The notes under the pieces were generated by a model. It ran no database searches and was not told where the DNA came from. It saw nothing but the letters and a program-made list of their open reading frames with translations. Below are positions 50,164-55,444 of a stretch of DNA of 55,444 bases, piece after piece. Within the stretch, counting starts at the first letter, position 1. Each line of letters starts with the position of its first letter. This DNA is from Planctomycetota bacterium (lineage in GTDB: Bacteria > Planctomycetota > SZUA-567 > H5-PLA8), in contig BTVV01000034.1 in the NCBI GenBank assembly GCA_045863855.1, forward strand, positions 1 to 55,444. The letters run 5' to 3'. The position numbers were made by a program, and so were the translations under genes.

Positions 50164-50253
50164 ATCTCTACTACGCACCAATGTGGAATTGTTTGATTCC
50201 ACTATCGCACAAACAAATACCGGATGCCGCCATGCGCATTTACCAAATAAGCA

Positions 50254-50868
50254 TCAATCCGTAATCGGCACGCGGTCTCCAGACGTGGAGAAATGCAGTA
50301 CTGTTCTGGAATGCCGAGCGAAAACCAGAGTTACCTGACGACAGAAGCCTTCAGCAGGTGGTGAAAACTCCCTCTCATCCAACTCTACCCTGCCTACTTC
50401 GAGTTTGAAGATATACGAAGAAACTGTTCGAGTTTGCGGCACCTTAGCACTAGACCAATCCGGAACTTGGCGCTGTCTCAATTGAATGAATTGGACCGTA
50501 GAGTCATAAACTTCAACCTCAAGTACCTGAAGATCCTGACGCATCGCATTTAGTGATCGGGTGACCTGGGATTTCATCGCCCAATAGTCCCGCACACCAA
50601 GAAAAGCGATAGCCGATCCCACCAATACAACTACACCTAGAACAACAATGATAGGCTCGATTTCAAGGCCCTGTGGGTGTGATTGAAACGATGCCTTCAG
50701 ATAGGCCGTAGGAATCAAAGTCAGTAGCAAACCGCACGCGATAAGCGTCCATCGCTTAAGGGCGTAGAGGGGAGATATCAACTTTTCTGCCTCGTTAAGA
50801 CGCGCAAGATAGATCCTGTTCAGAGCTTCATACTCTTTCGCAGACATCTTTTGAATAGTACATGCCAT
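50254..50868 (-). CDS. Low-GC hypothetical membrane protein
   Basis: 204-aa ORF with two TMs, visibly more AT-rich than its flanks. Confidence 0.65.
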   Translation of the reverse strand: MACTIQKMSAKEYEALNRIYLARLNEAEKLISPLYALKRWTLIACGLLLTLIPTAYLKASFQSHPQGLEIEPIIVVLGVVVLVGSAIAFLGVRDYWAMKSQVTRSLNAMRQDLQVLEVEVYDSTVQFIQLRQRQVPDWSSAKVPQTRTVSSYIFKLEVGRVELDEREFSPPAEGFCRQVTLVFARHSRTVLHFSTSGDRVPITD

Positions 50869-50988
50869 ACATTCCCCAAGGAGATGCAGCTCATGGGTAT
50901 CTTAATAATAGTAAAATGGGACGACACCCAGGCTTGAGTCCTCGGTCCAATCTTGCGTAGTGGATGGAGGCTTCAACGATCTAACGGT

Positions 50989-52299
50989 TTACGAAATGAG
51001 CGCCTTGATCGGCTCGCCCTCGTTGACCACCTTGATCGGGCGGCCGTCCTTGGAGAAGTTTTCCTTGCGGTAGTCCACGCCCATCAATTCGAACATCGTG
51101 GCGTGCAGATCGCCGGGGCGGACGGGCGCGTCCTTCACCGCGGCGCCGGCCTCGTCGCTGCTGCCGTGCACGTGCCCCTTCTTGATCCCGCCCCCGGCCA
51201 CGAAGGCCGACCAAACGCGCGGATAGTGATCGCGCCCGTCGCGGTTGTTGATCTGCGGCGTGCGCCCGAACTCGCCGGTGCAGAGGATCATGGTGCTGTC
51301 GAGTTTCCCGCTCGCGGCAAGGTCTTCGACGAGGTTGCCCAAGCCGGTATCGAGGCGGCGCGATAGGTTCGGCAGCGCGGTCTTGAACGCGTCGTTGTGC
51401 GTATCCCACCCGCCGAGGCTCACTTCGACGAAGCGCACGCCCGCTTCCACCAGCCGCCGCGCGATCAGGCAGCTCTTGGCGAACCCGTCGTTCCCGTAGC
51501 GCGCCACCACCGCCGGATTCTCGTTCTTAAGGTCGAAAGCCTTCACCGACTGGCTGTACATGAGTTGCACCGCGTCGTTGAAGTGCCCGCCGTAATCGAG
51601 CACCACCTGATGCCGCTCCTGCATCGCGAAGGGCGCATCGAGGCTGCGCAACAACTGCATGCGGTTGTTGTAGCGCCCCTGATTGACGCCATCCGGCACC
51701 TTCACGTTTCGCATCGGATTGTTCGGGTCGCCGATCATGAACGGCGCGGCCTTCGCGCCCAGGAAGCCCGCGCCCCAGGACGACCCGCCGATCGAGATGT
51801 ACGACGGCAGGTCGGCGTTCTTCTTGTCCATCTCGTGCGCGGCCAGCGACCCCAGGCTGGGATGCTTGATGCTCGCCAGCGGCTTGTAGCCCGTGTGCAT
51901 CTCGTACGTCGCGCGCTCGTGGCTGCCTTCCTTGCTCGTCAGGCTGCGCACCAGCGAACCGTGCTTCATGTTCCGGGCCAGAATCGGGAAGTGCTCGCTG
52001 ATCTGAACCCCGTCGGCGCTGGTGGCCAGGGGCTTGAACGGGCCGCCGTTGGCATGCCCGGGCTTGGGATCCCACGTATCGATGTGGCTGGGCCCGCCGC
52101 CCAGCCAGACCAGGATCACCGAATCGCAGCGCCCGCCGGCCGATCCGGCCAGCACGTCGGCGCGCAGCAGGTCCAGCAGACCCATGCCCATAAAAGAGAA
52201 CGCGCCAAGCTTCAGGAAGCTCCGGCGGCCGAAGCCGCTCTGTCCGTCGCAATCGACACAGCCGCGCTGCGTACCGGTGGCTTGCGGTTTCCGAATCAT
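50989..52299 (-). CDS. DUF1501 domain protein (Tat signal)
   Basis: GRRSFLK, GGPSHIDTWDPKP, ARRLVEAGVRFV, WDTH, GEFGRTP, GRDH. Confidence 0.93.
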   Translation of the reverse strand: MIRKPQATGTQRGCVDCDGQSGFGRRSFLKLGAFSFMGMGLLDLLRADVLAGSAGGRCDSVILVWLGGGPSHIDTWDPKPGHANGGPFKPLATSADGVQISEHFPILARNMKHGSLVRSLTSKEGSHERATYEMHTGYKPLASIKHPSLGSLAAHEMDKKNADLPSYISIGGSSWGAGFLGAKAAPFMIGDPNNPMRNVKVPDGVNQGRYNNRMQLLRSLDAPFAMQERHQVVLDYGGHFNDAVQLMYSQSVKAFDLKNENPAVVARYGNDGFAKSCLIARRLVEAGVRFVEVSLGGWDTHNDAFKTALPNLSRRLDTGLGNLVEDLAASGKLDSTMILCTGEFGRTPQINNRDGRDHYPRVWSAFVAGGGIKKGHVHGSSDEAGAAVKDAPVRPGDLHATMFELMGVDYRKENFSKDGRPIKVVNEGEPIKALIS

Positions 52300-52326
52300 G
52301 ATCGGGCTCCTCTGCGCTTGCGATCC

Positions 52327-54792
52327 CTATTTCACGAACATGAACTCACGCGTATTCATCAGCGACCAAAGCAAGTCTTCGACCTGCGGCTTCGCTCCGC
52401 CGCCCACGTATCCGCGCGCGACGCCCAGTTCCTGCGGCGTCGGGAAGCGCGAGAGCGTGCGCAGATACAGCAGATTGACGATATCGTTCCCGTTGAACTT
52501 GCCGCTCGAGAGATGCTCCAGCACCGCGCCGCCTTTGTCGGCCCGCGCGGCTTCGTTGATCGAACCGCCGTTAAAGAGTTCCAGCGCCTGCGAGATCGAA
52601 ACCTCGTTGTCGCGCTCCACCGTCATCTGCTCGCGGTCGGGCTGGTTGAACGTCTGCATGAACGAACCCGCGTACGCCGGCGTGCGCTGTTCGTACGCCC
52701 ATCCGCCCTGCCCGCGCGGCGGAATCTCGGCCACTTTCATCCCCGCCGGTGCCTGCAAGACCCGCGGCGCACCCTTCTGGCCGCTCGCCACCAGCACCGA
52801 ATCGTAAATCTGCTCCGCCGTCATCCGCCGTAGCACACGGTGCGAAAAGAAGGTCTCGTCCTTCTTGTTCGCCTTGTTCGGCAGGCTGCTGCGCTGGTAG
52901 GTATTGGAATTCAGGATGATCCGCAGCACGGCCTTGTTGTCGAACTTCGCCTTCACGAATTCGTCGGCCAGGAAATCGAGTACGCCGTCCACCGCGGGCG
53001 GATTCTTGCGCCGGAAGTCGTCCACCGGATGGACCACGCCGCGACCGAAAAGATGCGACCAGAGCCGGTTCGCCTGCACGACGGCGAACTGGCGGTCGGC
53101 GATCAGGAACCGCGCCAACGCTTCGCGCTGCGAACCCGAGCCTTCGTACTTCTTGGATTTATCCCACGGAAAGACCGCGCCGCTGCGCCCGCCGCCGATA
53201 TCCTGCGGCATGTGGTACTCGCCGCCGTCCTTCTCGTAGACCCAGTTCGCGCGGTAGCGTCCCAGCATCTGGCCCAGCCGTTCGGACTTGTCCTTGCCCA
53301 ACGCCTTTTCGACTTCGTCGAACATGCGCTTCACCAAGTCGCCGCCGGATAGCGGCCCCTGGTTGTAGGCCAGCGCGTTGGGATTGCGCGGCAGAGCGGC
53401 GGGAGCATTTTTGGCGGGAGCATCTTTGGCGGGGGCGGGCTTGGCCGGAACCTTCGCCGCCGCGGCCTTCTTGCGCGCTTCTTCCTCGGCCTTCTTTAAC
53501 TCGACGATCTTCTTCTCCGCTTCGTCGATGAACGGCTTCACCTTCGCCGCCACATCCTTATAGTAGTCGTCGTTCAGGCCCTCCTTGAGCCGGATGACGC
53601 TGGCCAGATCGTCGCGCACCACCTGCGTGCGCGCCGCGAAGAAGGCCATCAGCCCGTGGAAATCGGCTTGCTCCCACGTATCGAACGGGTGGTCGTGGCA
53701 CTGCGCGCACTGCATCCGCGTGCCCATAAAGACCGCGCTGACCGTGTTGATCGTCTCCGTCCGGTCGCGCCCGTCGCGCAGGAAGAAGTTCGCCGCGCCG
53801 TTAAAGTCCGCGCGCCCGGTGGCGGTCACCAGTTCGGCCACGAACTGGTCGTAGGGCATGTTCTTGGCGAGCGCGTCGTGGATCCAGCGCCGGTAGCTGG
53901 CCGGATAGGTGCCCTCTTCCTGCGGCGCCTCGGAGTGTTCGCGCAGCAGGTCCCCCCACAGCGCCGACCAATGCGCCGCGTAGCGTTCGTGACCCAGCAC
54001 CTTGTCCACCAGCTTCGCACGCTTGTCGCTCGACGGATCGCTCAAGAAGACCTGCACGTCCTCGGCGGACGGGATCACGCCCAGCACGTCCAGGTACACG
54101 CGCCGGACGAACTCGTCGTCCGTGCACCTCGGCGAAGGCGGCAGGTTCTCCGACTTCAAGCGGTCGAGCACGAACTGGTCGATCGGGTTCAGTACCGCGA
54201 AATCGGCCTGGGTCCAATATTGCTTGATCTCGGCTTCGGTCGGCGGCTTCTCGACGGGAATCGTGGGCACCATGGCCGCGAGCGTGGCCGAAGCCGCGGA
54301 ATTCGGCGCGCGCGCCGGAGCGGAACTCGTGACCGTGGCGTTCCCGCCGCCCGACGGCGGCGCGGCCGGCGCTTCCTTCAGCTTGGGCAGCAGCGGCACG
54401 CAATCGGCCTTGTAGACGGCCATATCCAGCTTGGCGACTTCCTCGAATTCCTTCTCGGCCAGCGCCGGCATGCCCTTATCCAGAGCGAACTTGCCCAACT
54501 CGAAGCGCGCCTTCGCGCTGGTCAAATCGGCCAGCCCCCGGCGCGCGATAAACAGCGCCTTGGCATCGAGGAAGGAAACCGGGATCGACTGCTTGCCTTT
54601 GGCGGTCTGCATGACGAGTTCCTTCTCGTCGAGCTTGACCACTTCGCCGCGAATCTTGCCGCCGGGAATCTCGATCGTGACCGCCTCGCCCGCCTGCGCG
54701 GCCCCGCACAAGCAAGCGATTCCCAACACCAGGAGGGGCATTCGAAGAAGGGGGAGCATACACGGCCTCCTTGGCAGCGCTTTCCGCTGCAC
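52327..54792 (-). CDS. DUF1549/DUF1553 domain protein
   Basis: NPIDQF, FVRRVYLD..G, CAQCHDHPFD, NRLW..LFGRG.V.PVDD, RRMTAEQ, EDLLWSLMNTREF. Confidence 0.93.
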   Translation of the reverse strand: MQRKALPRRPCMLPLLRMPLLVLGIACLCGAAQAGEAVTIEIPGGKIRGEVVKLDEKELVMQTAKGKQSIPVSFLDAKALFIARRGLADLTSAKARFELGKFALDKGMPALAEKEFEEVAKLDMAVYKADCVPLLPKLKEAPAAPPSGGGNATVTSSAPARAPNSAASATLAAMVPTIPVEKPPTEAEIKQYWTQADFAVLNPIDQFVLDRLKSENLPPSPRCTDDEFVRRVYLDVLGVIPSAEDVQVFLSDPSSDKRAKLVDKVLGHERYAAHWSALWGDLLREHSEAPQEEGTYPASYRRWIHDALAKNMPYDQFVAELVTATGRADFNGAANFFLRDGRDRTETINTVSAVFMGTRMQCAQCHDHPFDTWEQADFHGLMAFFAARTQVVRDDLASVIRLKEGLNDDYYKDVAAKVKPFIDEAEKKIVELKKAEEEARKKAAAAKVPAKPAPAKDAPAKNAPAALPRNPNALAYNQGPLSGGDLVKRMFDEVEKALGKDKSERLGQMLGRYRANWVYEKDGGEYHMPQDIGGGRSGAVFPWDKSKKYEGSGSQREALARFLIADRQFAVVQANRLWSHLFGRGVVHPVDDFRRKNPPAVDGVLDFLADEFVKAKFDNKAVLRIILNSNTYQRSSLPNKANKKDETFFSHRVLRRMTAEQIYDSVLVASGQKGAPRVLQAPAGMKVAEIPPRGQGGWAYEQRTPAYAGSFMQTFNQPDREQMTVERDNEVSISQALELFNGGSINEAARADKGGAVLEHLSSGKFNGNDIVNLLYLRTLSRFPTPQELGVARGYVGGGAKPQVEDLLWSLMNTREFMFVK

Positions 54793-55023
54793 GATGCGAC
54801 GGGCTTAAGTCCAAGCGGGCTCGGCTACTGGAGTGGACTTTCCCGCGAATAATTTAATGCCAAATTCTTGCGTCTCTTTCCTTTCAGAGCGTTCGTGATC
54901 GATGACTGGCCAGCATGCTACGTGATCCTCAACGAATCGCATGGGATCAGCGTTCAAGAATTGATTTTGAAATAATAGTTGCACCGGTGCGTGAGGAATT
55001 CGGACCGCTTGCACGCGTGCAAA

Positions 55024-55443
55024 TTAGCTGGCCGCGGGTGCTGGAGCTGGGAGGTATAGACTTCCTCTGCGGCGGAAATAGTGCAGCCAGAGTATGGAGA
55101 TCGCCACGAGGCTCAGGCCGATCCACTGCGCCATACTTAACGAGGGCGCCAGTTCCGGCCATGCCGCCGGTGTATCGCCACGCAAGGCCTCCTCGAAGAA
55201 GCGAGTGGCGCCGGCCATCAGCAACATCAGCCCAAGAATCTGGCCGTCGTACTTACGGCGCGGCCAGTAGGCATAAAGAAATGCCGCCGTGAGACCCGCG
55301 CAAAGGAACGCATAAATCTGCGTCGGATGACCCGGGAGGCTCCGCGCGGCCGAGGTCGAAATCCAGCCGTGGATCTCGTGGTCTGCCCATGCCGGACTCT
55401 CGGGACCAAAGACGATCCCCCACTCCACCGGGCAGCCGTAGCA
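55024..55443 (-). CDS. lgt: Prolipoprotein diacylglyceryl transferase, 3' part
   Basis: CYG...WGIVF, HPTQIY, RFFEE.LRGD, SMAQWI; 5' end lies outside the window. Confidence 0.85.
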   Translation of the reverse strand, partial: CYGCPVEWGIVFGPESPAWADHEIHGWISTSAARSLPGHPTQIYAFLCAGLTAAFLYAYWPRRKYDGQILGLMLLMAGATRFFEEALRGDTPAAWPELAPSLSMAQWIGLSLVAISILWLHYFRRRGSLYLPAPAPAAS

Positions 55444-55444
55444 G

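Noticed and set aside
54805..55014. Small 69-aa ORF between lgt and the DUF1549 gene
   Set aside because: AT-richer intergenic-looking DNA with no RBS or motif; more likely a promoter region.

Overview
High-GC bacterial chromosomal window, most likely Planctomycetota/PVC (DUF1501 + DUF1549/1553 pair, MoxR-DUF58-BatA-VWA operon, Gfo/Idh/MocA genes). The centrepiece (4.1-12.1 kb) is an expanded sigma54/RtcR-controlled RNA-repair locus. rtcR is divergent from rsr (Ro60/TROVE), which is followed by three tandem Y-RNA-like genes of graded complexity (minimal; T-arm plus helix; full circularly permuted tRNA-like YrlA with an encoded CCA). Next come a Cys-cluster hypothetical gene, rtcB, a HEPN-motif (DUF4145-like) gene and rtcA, with REP-like palindromes in between. 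Other unexplained signals: (1) a tandem pair of about 123-nt non-coding repeats with a compensatory base change and a GNRA hairpin (22.67-23.0 kb); (2) a structured 5' leader with a clean sigma70-type promoter ahead of an ankyrin gene; (3) a roughly 140-150-aa domain apparently shared by three unrelated secreted proteins; (4) a two-stop pseudogene. The rest is acs, secreted/surface proteins, glycosyltransferases, an ABC-2 exporter, an SDR and a partial lgt. No CRISPR array, rRNA, canonical tRNA or transposase was seen. All calls come from reading motifs by eye; no searches were run.
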